Source: a virus. Taken from it: 64,000 bases of DNA. Shown one piece after another: positions 9,552 to 17,149 of this stretch. The stretch is from positions 32,001 to 96,000 of IMG/VR virus record IMGVR_UViG_3300047557_002951. One strand, written 5' to 3'. Each line of letters begins with the position of its first letter. Positions within the stretch are counted from its first letter, which is position 1. The notes under the pieces were generated by a model. It did not search any database and was not told the origin of the DNA. It worked only from the letters and a program-made list of their open reading frames with translations. The translations under genes were made by a program, and so were the position numbers.

Positions 9552-10732
9552 ATTACTGGGTCAATGTAGGTGAGTGCTGCTGTATAAAAAGTTCTACCAC
9601 TTACTTGCTTCCAGTTGGTTCCACCAGCAAATGTAGTGACTGGAGTTGATACATTGGTTATTTGTGCATTTCCAAGTTGTCCATTATTATTACGACCCCA
9701 AGTCCATAAAGTTCCATTGGTCTTGATTGCAGATGTATGTTCACTTCCACTATTACTATTCACTTGTTTCCAATCGGTTCCTCCAGCAAATGTTGTAACT
9801 GGAGTGGATACATCAGTTGTTGATGCATTTCCAAGTCTTCCAAAATATCCATAACCCCAAGTCCATAGAGTTCCATCGGTTTTAATTGCTACTGTATGAC
9901 CATATCCACTATGCACCTGTTTCCAGTTCGTTCCGCCGGAAAAGGTGGTGATTGGAGTGGATATACTAAATGTTGTTACTACTGCATTTCCAATTCGTCC
10001 ATTAGCACTATTACCCCAAGTCCATAGAGTTCCATCAGTTTTGATTGCTGATGTATGTGAATTTTGAGAACTTACTTGTTTCCAGTTATTTCCTCCAGCA
10101 AATGTAGTAACTGGAGTAGATCTATTGTTTACTTGCGCGTTTCCAAGTTGTCCAAGATTCCCTCGACCCCAAGTCCATAGAGTTCCATCAGTTTTGATTG
10201 CTGATGTATAAGCATATCCACAACTTACTTGTTTCCAGTTGGTTCCTCCAGCAAATGTAGTGACCGGAGTTGATACATTGGTTATTGTTGCATTTCCAAG
10301 TTGTCCAAAATTCCCTCTACCCCAAGTCCATAGAGTTCCATCAGTTTTGATTGCTGATGTATATTGACCTCCACTACTCACTTGCTTCCAGTTGGTTCCT
10401 CCAGCAAATGTAGTGACCGGAGTGGATATACTACCTGTTGTTACTGCATTTCCAAGTCGTCCATAACCTCCATTACCCCAAATCCATAAGGTTCCATCAG
10501 TTTTGATTGCTGCTGTATGATTATCTCCACTACTCACTTGTTTCCAGTTGGTTCCTCCAGTAGAGGTAGTGACTGGAGTGGACCTATTGGTTGTTTGTGC
10601 GTTTCCAAGTCTTCCATAAGTTCCACCACCCCAAGTCCATAAGTTCCCATCACTGAACATATCAGCAGGTACAAAGATATCATCAAAACTATAATCAAGT
10701 CCGTTTTCTCTAAAGTTATAGAATGTAGGCAT
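9548..10732 (-). CDS. RCC1/BLIP-II-like beta-propeller protein A (7 repeats)
   Basis: 7 copies of WTWGxGxxGxLGNA...[32 protein letters not shown]. Confidence 0.9.
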   Translation of the reverse strand: MPTFYNFRENGLDYSFDDIFVPADMFSDGNLWTWGGGTYGRLGNAQTTNRSTPVTTSTGGTNWKQVSSGDNHTAAIKTDGTLWIWGNGGYGRLGNAVTTGSISTPVTTFAGGTNWKQVSSGGQYTSAIKTDGTLWTWGRGNFGQLGNATITNVSTPVTTFAGGTNWKQVSCGYAYTSAIKTDGTLWTWGRGNLGQLGNAQVNNRSTPVTTFAGGNNWKQVSSQNSHTSAIKTDGTLWTWGNSANGRIGNAVVTTFSISTPITTFSGGTNWKQVHSGYGHTVAIKTDGTLWTWGYGYFGRLGNASTTDVSTPVTTFAGGTDWKQVNSNSGSEHTSAIKTNGTLWTWGRNNNGQLGNAQITNVSTPVTTFAGGTNWKQVSGRTFYTAALTYIDPVI

Positions 10733-10753
10733 TTGGAGTTCTTGGAAAAGACT

Positions 10754-11107
10754 TTATTCTACGAAAATCACAGGAGTGTTCATACTTTCACTCCACTTTT
10801 GAAGATATTGTTTAACTTCACTTTTTACTTCTTTATTATTTATTGCTAGTGCTTTTAGATATTGACCATTCTCATTAGTTTCCACAGAGACTAATACATT
10901 ACACTTATCAGGTCTCATTTCTTCTGGAAGTAAATGTTGAGACCAAGCACACTGATAATCTCTACAAACTTCTGGTCGTGCTTTATGAACTCCGCAACCA
11001 TTACACTCTAAAAACTTACAAGATTTTCCTGCTCCAAACTTCCATCCAAAAGCATCACCAATCAACCAAGAACAGCAAGCAGTGCATTCTCCACACTCAC
11101 GAAACAT
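10754..11107 (-). CDS. YkgJ-like Cys-cluster (CxxCxxCC) protein
   Basis: MFRECGECTACC...CKFL...CGVHKARPEVCRDYQC; start moved to ATG 11107. Confidence 0.7.
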   Translation of the reverse strand: MFRECGECTACCSWLIGDAFGWKFGAGKSCKFLECNGCGVHKARPEVCRDYQCAWSQHLLPEEMRPDKCNVLVSVETNENGQYLKALAINNKEVKSEVKQYLQKWSESMNTPVIFVE

Positions 11108-11753
11108 AATCTTCCTCCCTATAATAATGGGTATAAGAATCAAAAATACCCGGTTGATGAATAGATTTTGGATTGGAGTTTGGATTACTTCCTATCCATA
11201 GTTCTCTATCTATACGATAATCACTATAAAGAAATTTATGGTCTAATGTTTGTATGTGTTTTGAAGTTGCCCACCAAAAGTTTCCAGTAAAATTATATGT
11301 ACCTTCTACTGGTTTTGTTGTTGTTCCGTCACTCCATAAAGTTTCTCCAACTGGATTTAAATTTGCACCAACACAATCATAATCATTCAAGTATTCTACA
11401 CACTCTTTCCACTTATCAATCACAAAGTGTTCCATCATTAATCTCCAAGCATTAGCAGTCAAAGTTCCTTTACTTGCTCCCTTCATATGAAAATATAAAA
11501 TCTTATAATCGGGATTTTCATATGCAAAATCTTTAAGAGCAATTAGAGTTTCTGTTTCTTCTTTCCAATTTTTATTGTATAAAACTTTTGCCTTTGACGG
11601 AACATAAAACATTTCTTCATTTCCATTTACACCAATATGAAAATGATTTACTTCATTTAAAAGACCCGATACAAATAATCTATTAATTTGTTGTTGGTAA
11701 ATGAAAGCAGAAATATTATTTTGAAATGTATGATAAAAGACTGCGATTTTCAT
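11097..11753 (-). CDS. Putative glycosyltransferase-like protein
   Basis: ILYFHMKG, YDCVG and GNFWWA motifs, as recalled from proteins in phage/giant-virus glycan clusters. Confidence 0.45.
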   Translation of the reverse strand: MKIAVFYHTFQNNISAFIYQQQINRLFVSGLLNEVNHFHIGVNGNEEMFYVPSKAKVLYNKNWKEETETLIALKDFAYENPDYKILYFHMKGASKGTLTANAWRLMMEHFVIDKWKECVEYLNDYDCVGANLNPVGETLWSDGTTTKPVEGTYNFTGNFWWATSKHIQTLDHKFLYSDYRIDRELWIGSNPNSNPKSIHQPGIFDSYTHYYREEDYVS

Positions 11754-12529
11754 ATATTATATTGGACTCCTTCCATTCCTTTAATTACATTCAACCCAAG
11801 ATTTGGAATGCTAATGATATTCTTTTTATTTAAGAAACGATAAAGAGAATGTTCGACATCAGTTCCAGCAGTAAATTGAATCATTTTTTCCATATAAACA
11901 AATGCTCTTTCAAGTGCTTCAACTGCTTCATTAAATAACATTCTATCAAAAGACCACAAACCAGTAATCATCATACCCTTTGCTCCATAAAGATAGGCAT
12001 AGACATTCTCAAGTTCCTTATCATTAAAGTTTTCTGCTTCTTGTGGAAGATACTCATAACTTTTAATCACATACTTGTTCTCAAGAAACTTACTTTGATA
12101 ATCTTGAATATTAAAATCGTCATTAAGTAAATATCTTCCAGTAAGTTTGAATACTCTTTGACTATCACTAAAAAGATTATGTTTTTTGATTACATAAAGA
12201 CTATTCAATAATCCTCTGGTTTCCAATAAGGATTTTCCATAAGTAATCAGTTCAGGTCTTTTTTCAAGATTTTCATAGATTTGCTGAAGAACTAGTTCAT
12301 TATAAAACTCCAAAAACAAATCTGCTTTTTCTTTGAATATCTCTTTTTGCTTTTCATCAATAGGTTTTGATGAGCACTCAAATAAAACTACATATGAGTC
12401 TGGAACTTTTTTACGAATACATTCAATTGTTTCTAAAGTCTGTTCAAATCTTTGTTGCTCATCATATGCACTAAACTTATCTTCTTGAAAGTGTTTGAGT
12501 GCTGAACCTACTAAAAATAAAAACTTCAT
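11750..12529 (-). CDS. Putative glycan-modifying protein
   Basis: RFEQTLETIECIRKKVP, FKLTGRY and DVEH motifs; context among glycosyltransferases. Confidence 0.4.
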   Translation of the reverse strand: MKFLFLVGSALKHFQEDKFSAYDEQQRFEQTLETIECIRKKVPDSYVVLFECSSKPIDEKQKEIFKEKADLFLEFYNELVLQQIYENLEKRPELITYGKSLLETRGLLNSLYVIKKHNLFSDSQRVFKLTGRYLLNDDFNIQDYQSKFLENKYVIKSYEYLPQEAENFNDKELENVYAYLYGAKGMMITGLWSFDRMLFNEAVEALERAFVYMEKMIQFTAGTDVEHSLYRFLNKKNIISIPNLGLNVIKGMEGVQYNI

Positions 12530-12984
12530 AAGTAATCTGTGTTAAAACTAATAATAATCCGTTCTTCAGTTTCTTCTTCAGTATAATGAACTAAATCACT
12601 TGAAAAGATAGTCAAAAGACCTGGATATGGTTGTACTTGTGTGTCTGGAAATATCAAAGGAGTGCTACCAGAAATATAAAATGCTCCACTTATAATACTT
12701 TCTTCGTGCTTATGTGCCTTGAGTTTATTTCCTGCTTGTGAGATATTGAACCAACTGTTGATAAACTTGAGTGGTGGAATCTCATACTTATTACAATATA
12801 ATCTAACATATTGCTTAAGAATATTTCGCAATCCAGTCAATTCTGGATACATTAGAACAGGCATTCCGTGATTGTAAGTAGAAACACCTTTAGTTACAAG
12901 ACCATGAGAACTGGTTTCTATTTCAAGAAGTTTGGTCTTAATGATATTTAGATTGAGAAAAGAAAGGTTATACTCCTCTATCAT
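12526..12984 (-). CDS. Putative 2OG-Fe(II) oxygenase (TIGR02466-like)
   Basis: SWFN...HKH...SGAFY...PGLLTIFSSDLVH...RIIISFN. Confidence 0.75.
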   Translation of the reverse strand: MIEEYNLSFLNLNIIKTKLLEIETSSHGLVTKGVSTYNHGMPVLMYPELTGLRNILKQYVRLYCNKYEIPPLKFINSWFNISQAGNKLKAHKHEESIISGAFYISGSTPLIFPDTQVQPYPGLLTIFSSDLVHYTEEETEERIIISFNTDYL

Positions 12985-14308
12985 TGAGAAACTCTCCCAG
13001 TTGTTTCAAAGGTTCGTCCCAGTTTCTTGGTTTCTTTTGCTTGAAGAGATGAACATTGTCTCCATACCACCAAGACTTTCCTGTAGAACTTGTCCATACA
13101 TAATATTCCATAATCGGTACAAACACGCAGACTTCTTTGCCTTGTGCTGCTGCGATATGAGCAATAGAAGTGCAAGAAGTAATCACCAAGTCCATTTGAG
13201 ATACAAGTGAAAATGTATCTGTAAAATCACGATTTGGAATATCAAAAGTCTTTACATTATATCCTTCTGGTGGTTGTTGGTCTGGTAGTTGTAGAGAATA
13301 TAAAGATGCTTTTGTCTTTGAGAGAATATCAAAGAGTGGTTCTGGTTGAATAGAACGGAAATGTGCTTGCTCAAATCCAGAACCAGAATTCCAGAATGCT
13401 CCAATCTTATACTTTTTGTCTTCCTTTAGGTATGAATATTGTTCTTCTTTTTCTGGTAGTGGGTTTAGATAAGGAGTTTGACCTAAATCTTCTACTTTGA
13501 GATTGAGATAATAAGGTAGAGCAAGAGCATAAACCCAACAAGCATCCTCTGGAAACTCTGGTTCATCGTAAATACAAACAGAATGAAACCCATTATAGTT
13601 GAAGAGTTTCACCAGTTCTTTTCTTGTAGAAGTCCAAATTGGGTTCATACCAAGTTCTTTGAGGTGCTTCATAAAACGAATATGAATAACCTCATCACCA
13701 GCACCACACTGACTATCAATTAAAATCGTTCTTTCTGGTTCTGGTGTTCCATCCCACTTTGGAAATGGTGGAAGTTGTCGGTTCTTATATGCCTCTACTT
13801 CTCCTGCCTTAAGAAAGTGTTGAAGTCCTGTATGAATATCATCTTTCCTAAAGTAATGACCTGATAAGTTGTGATATGCCTTTCTTTCTATTTCTTCTGG
13901 TAATGGTTTTTTGATGAGGTCAAATAAAAGTTTTTCTGATTTTTCTTTTTGGTTAAGAGCAGAATATGAAAATGTTTCCTCTAAAAGAAGTTCAGTATCT
14001 TGAGGATTTTGCGATTTGATTTTTGAGATTTGAGTGATTGCTTTTTCTGGATAGTTGTTTTGATTATATGCGTTGATTAGATTTTTTGTGGTTGTATATT
14101 TTTCTTCTTTTGATTTAGCAAGTTTGAGTGCCTTCTCACCATAAGTAATCGCATTTGAGAAATCTTTAATCTCAAAGAAAATCTTTGCTACATCATCATA
14201 TTGCTGAAAAGTTTCTGCTCTCTTTCCAAATGCTTGAAGAACTTGTGTCGTCAGTTCTTTTTCATCAAAGGAATATAGAGTCTTTGTGACCAACTCAAGA
14301 GGGTTCAT
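12968..14308 (-). CDS. TPR-repeat protein with GT9-like glycosyltransferase domain
   Basis: N-terminal TPR helices; GAGDEVIHIRF and DFTDT..LVSQMDLVITSCTSIAHIAAAQG...SWWY motifs. Confidence 0.8.
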   Translation of the reverse strand: MNPLELVTKTLYSFDEKELTTQVLQAFGKRAETFQQYDDVAKIFFEIKDFSNAITYGEKALKLAKSKEEKYTTTKNLINAYNQNNYPEKAITQISKIKSQNPQDTELLLEETFSYSALNQKEKSEKLLFDLIKKPLPEEIERKAYHNLSGHYFRKDDIHTGLQHFLKAGEVEAYKNRQLPPFPKWDGTPEPERTILIDSQCGAGDEVIHIRFMKHLKELGMNPIWTSTRKELVKLFNYNGFHSVCIYDEPEFPEDACWVYALALPYYLNLKVEDLGQTPYLNPLPEKEEQYSYLKEDKKYKIGAFWNSGSGFEQAHFRSIQPEPLFDILSKTKASLYSLQLPDQQPPEGYNVKTFDIPNRDFTDTFSLVSQMDLVITSCTSIAHIAAAQGKEVCVFVPIMEYYVWTSSTGKSWWYGDNVHLFKQKKPRNWDEPLKQLGEFLNDRGV

Positions 14309-14330
14309 AAAGAATATTATGTGTTTTCAG

Positions 14331-14338
14331 TATTTATT
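14331..14338 (-). promoter_or_regulatory. Late promoter (AATAAATA)
   Basis: At the RCC1-B stop, about 22 nt upstream of ATG 14308. Confidence 0.6.
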
Positions 14339-15581
14339 AGAAACTTGCGAAGTCTACTGATTTGATTGCTACTGTGTGATTACCTCCAATAGCACTTACT
14401 TGTTTCCAGTTGGTTCCGCCGGCAAAGGTGGTGACTGGAGTGGATTTACTGTTTGTTTCTGCATTTCCAAGTTGTCCACTAGATCCACCACCCCAAGTCC
14501 AAAGAGTTCCATCAGTTTTGATTGCAGATGTATTACGATATCCAGCACCCACTTGTTTCCAGTTGGTTCCTCCAGCGAATGTGGTGACTGGAGTGCTTAT
14601 ATTACCTGTTATTACTGCATTTCCAAGTTGTCCATTAGCACCAAAACCCCAAGTCCATAAAGTTCCATCGGTCTTGATTGCAGATGTATATTCACCTCCA
14701 CTACTCACTTGTTTCCAGTTAGTTCCACCAGCAAATGTTGTTACTGGAGTGGATATACTACCTGTTGTTACTGCGTTTCCAAGTCGTCCATTAGCACTAT
14801 TACCCCAAGACCAAAGAGTTCCATCGGTTTTGATTGCTGACATATGTTGACTTCCACAACTCACTTGTTTCCAGTTGGTTCCTCCAGCAAATGTAGTAAC
14901 TGGAGTTGATACATTGGTTGTTACTGCGTTTCCAAGTCTTCCAAAAGATCCAACACCCCAGGTCCATAAAGTTCCATCGGTCTTGATTGCTGCTGTATGA
15001 TTACCTCCACTACTCACTTGTTTCCAGTTATTTCCTCCAGCAAATGTGGTGACTGGAGTTGATATATTACCTGTTGTTACTGCGTTTCCAAGTTTTCCAC
15101 CAGATCCACTACCCCAAGTCCATAGGGTTCCGTCAGTTTTGATTGCTGCTATAAAATCACCTCCAATAGACGGTGGTGGACCAGCACTGACTTGTTTCCA
15201 GTTAGTTCCTCCAGCGAATGTTGTAACTGGAGTGGACCTATTGGTTGTTTGTGCGTTTCCAAGTCTCCCATAAGTTCCAAAACCCCAAGTCCATAAAGTT
15301 CCATCAGTTTTGATTGCTGCATTAAAACCATTTCCACCACTCACTTGTTTCCAATTGGTTCCTCCAGCAAAAGTAGTGATTGGAGTGGACCTATTACCTG
15401 TTGTTGTTCCATTTCCAAGAATTGAAACATTTCCAAGACCCCAAATCCACAACTCAGGAGGAATACCAATCTGCTGACCAATCTCAGGATAAACACTAAT
15501 TAAATAATCTTTAGTGACCAGTTTATTCCCTAAATCAACACCATTACTATCTTTAAAGTTAGTAGTTGGTTCTATGCTCAT
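14337..15581 (-). CDS. RCC1/BLIP-II-like beta-propeller protein B (7 repeats)
   Basis: 7 copies of the same ~52-aa unit; one loop insertion (PPPSIGGD). Confidence 0.9.
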   Translation of the reverse strand: MSIEPTTNFKDSNGVDLGNKLVTKDYLISVYPEIGQQIGIPPELWIWGLGNVSILGNGTTTGNRSTPITTFAGGTNWKQVSGGNGFNAAIKTDGTLWTWGFGTYGRLGNAQTTNRSTPVTTFAGGTNWKQVSAGPPPSIGGDFIAAIKTDGTLWTWGSGSGGKLGNAVTTGNISTPVTTFAGGNNWKQVSSGGNHTAAIKTDGTLWTWGVGSFGRLGNAVTTNVSTPVTTFAGGTNWKQVSCGSQHMSAIKTDGTLWSWGNSANGRLGNAVTTGSISTPVTTFAGGTNWKQVSSGGEYTSAIKTDGTLWTWGFGANGQLGNAVITGNISTPVTTFAGGTNWKQVGAGYRNTSAIKTDGTLWTWGGGSSGQLGNAETNSKSTPVTTFAGGTNWKQVSAIGGNHTVAIKSVDFASF

Positions 15582-15582
15582 T

Positions 15583-16242
15583 TTATCCCTCTACTGGTTC
15601 TGGTTGTTCTTTAATCACAACAGCATAAACAGCATCAATTTCCACACAAGCATCAATTTCTTGAAGTTTTGCTAACTCCCAGTCAAATGCTGCCTGAACA
15701 ACGGCATCAATCTCACTTATAATCGTTTGAAGTTCTTCTGTAGTAATCTCCAACCAAGTATTCTGGAACTTAAAGTTATGAGGTCCTGGAGATGCTGCTA
15801 ACTTGCTTGCTAAAAGAAGTCTCTCTTCTCTTGAAGTTGATACTTCTACTTCCGTATTATTGACTATGAGAGTGATGATAGTATTTTCTTTTTCTCTTCT
15901 TGCTGGAGCAACCTCTTGCTTTCTAATATTTTTAACTTCTTCTAAGGTCTTATCTGTGATTGGATAAGTGAATACAACCTTTACTGGAACCTCATTTTCT
16001 TTTACAATTTCCCAAGTGAAGTTTCCAACATTATGATACTTTGGGTCGTGTTCTGGTATTACTCTTTCAGTTGGAACAAGATGAGTAAGACCATCACTAA
16101 AATGAATAGGAAGTGAAGAAAAACTTTGTGATGATATTCTTTCTTCTACTTCAAGTTCTTCTAACTCTTCATTGATATAACGAACATTCAATCCAAAAGG
16201 ACCAAGTTCTAATGAGTTATTATGAATAAGTGCGATTTCCAT
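15583..16242 (-). CDS. DUF4376-like tail fibre assembly/chaperone protein
   Basis: Start MEIALIHNN at 16242, after the late promoter at 16256-16263; C-terminal helical VQAAFDWE..KLQEIDA pattern. Confidence 0.55.
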   Translation of the reverse strand: MEIALIHNNSLELGPFGLNVRYINEELEELEVEERISSQSFSSLPIHFSDGLTHLVPTERVIPEHDPKYHNVGNFTWEIVKENEVPVKVVFTYPITDKTLEEVKNIRKQEVAPARREKENTIITLIVNNTEVEVSTSREERLLLASKLAASPGPHNFKFQNTWLEITTEELQTIISEIDAVVQAAFDWELAKLQEIDACVEIDAVYAVVIKEQPEPVEG

Positions 16243-16255
16243 TGGTCTTTTTAGG

Positions 16256-16263
16256 TATTTATG
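16256..16263 (-). promoter_or_regulatory. Late promoter (CATAAATA)
   Basis: Directly after the RCC1-C stop. Confidence 0.6.
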
Positions 16264-16264
16264 T

Positions 16265-17149
16265 TTATGAGAATGGGTATTCTGCTGAGATTCCTGCTTG
16301 GACTGCTGCTGTATGAGAAGATATACTAGCACTAACTTGTTTCCAGTTGGTTCCACCAGCAAATGTGGTGATTGGAGTGGATCTATTACCTACTATTACT
16401 GCATTTCCAAGTCTTCCATAAGACCCAAGACCCCAAGTCCATAAGGTTCCATCAGTTTTGATTGCTGCTGTATGAAAATATCCACTACTTACTTGTTTCC
16501 AGTTGGTTCCTCCAGCAAATGTAGTGACTGGAGTTGATACATTGGTTGTTACTGCGTTTCCAAGTTGTCCAGTATTTCCACGACCCCAAGTCCATAGAGT
16601 TCCATCGGTTTTAATTGCTACTGTATATTGGTATCCACTACTCACTTGTTTCCAGTTGGTTCCTCCAGCAAATGTGGTGACTGGAGTGGATCTACTGGTT
16701 ATTGCTGCATTTCCAAGTTGTCCATTAGTTCCACCACCCCAAGTCCATAAGGTTCCATCAGTCTTGATTGCTGCTGTATGATTACCTCCAACACTTACTT
16801 GTTTCCAGTTGTTCCCTCCAGCAAATGTGGTGACTGGAGTGGATATAGTACCTGTTGTTACTCCATTTCCAAGTTGTCCACTAGTTCCAATTCCCCAAGT
16901 CCATAAAGTTCCATCAGTTTTGATTGCTGCTGTGCAATTACTAGCACCACTAACTTGTTTCCAGTTGGTTCCTCCAGCAAATGTGGTGACTGGAGTGGAT
17001 ATATTGGTTATTGCTGCATTTCCAAGTTGTCCACTAGGTCCAGAACCCCAAGTCCATAAAGTATCTCCAACATATTGGTCAATCAACCAATAATCAGTTA
17101 CAAAATAGTTTTCTAAGTCACCTTCTGGCGAGAAAAACTGATTAGGCAT
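16265..17149 (-). CDS. RCC1/BLIP-II-like beta-propeller protein C (5 repeats)
   Basis: 5 copies of the same unit; start overlaps the end of the collagen fibre gene. Confidence 0.9.
   Translation of the reverse strand: MPNQFFSPEGDLENYFVTDYWLIDQYVGDTLWTWGSGPSGQLGNAAITNISTPVTTFAGGTNWKQVSGASNCTAAIKTDGTLWTWGIGTSGQLGNGVTTGTISTPVTTFAGGNNWKQVSVGGNHTAAIKTDGTLWTWGGGTNGQLGNAAITSRSTPVTTFAGGTNWKQVSSGYQYTVAIKTDGTLWTWGRGNTGQLGNAVTTNVSTPVTTFAGGTNWKQVSSGYFHTAAIKTDGTLWTWGLGSYGRLGNAVIVGNRSTPITTFAGGTNWKQVSASISSHTAAVQAGISAEYPFS

Noticed and set aside
16243-16362. Upstream start for the DUF4376-like ORF given in the track
   Set aside because: Overlaps RCC1-C and lies upstream of the late promoter; ATG 16242 fits better.
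9560-17060. CRISPR-like array (constant blocks with variable spacers)
   Set aside because: The units are in-frame protein repeats of ~155 nt with synonymous variation, and there is no cas operon. The PD-(D/E)XK exonuclease is a standard phage core gene.
9615-17093. Plus-strand ORFs [10 protein letters not shown]...
   Set aside because: Antisense shadows of the RCC1 repeats.
9548-17149. Diversity-generating retroelement (TR/VR) as the source of RCC1 variation
   Set aside because: No reverse transcriptase or non-coding template in the window. Differences are not adenine-specific and include indels. An RT elsewhere in the genome cannot be excluded.
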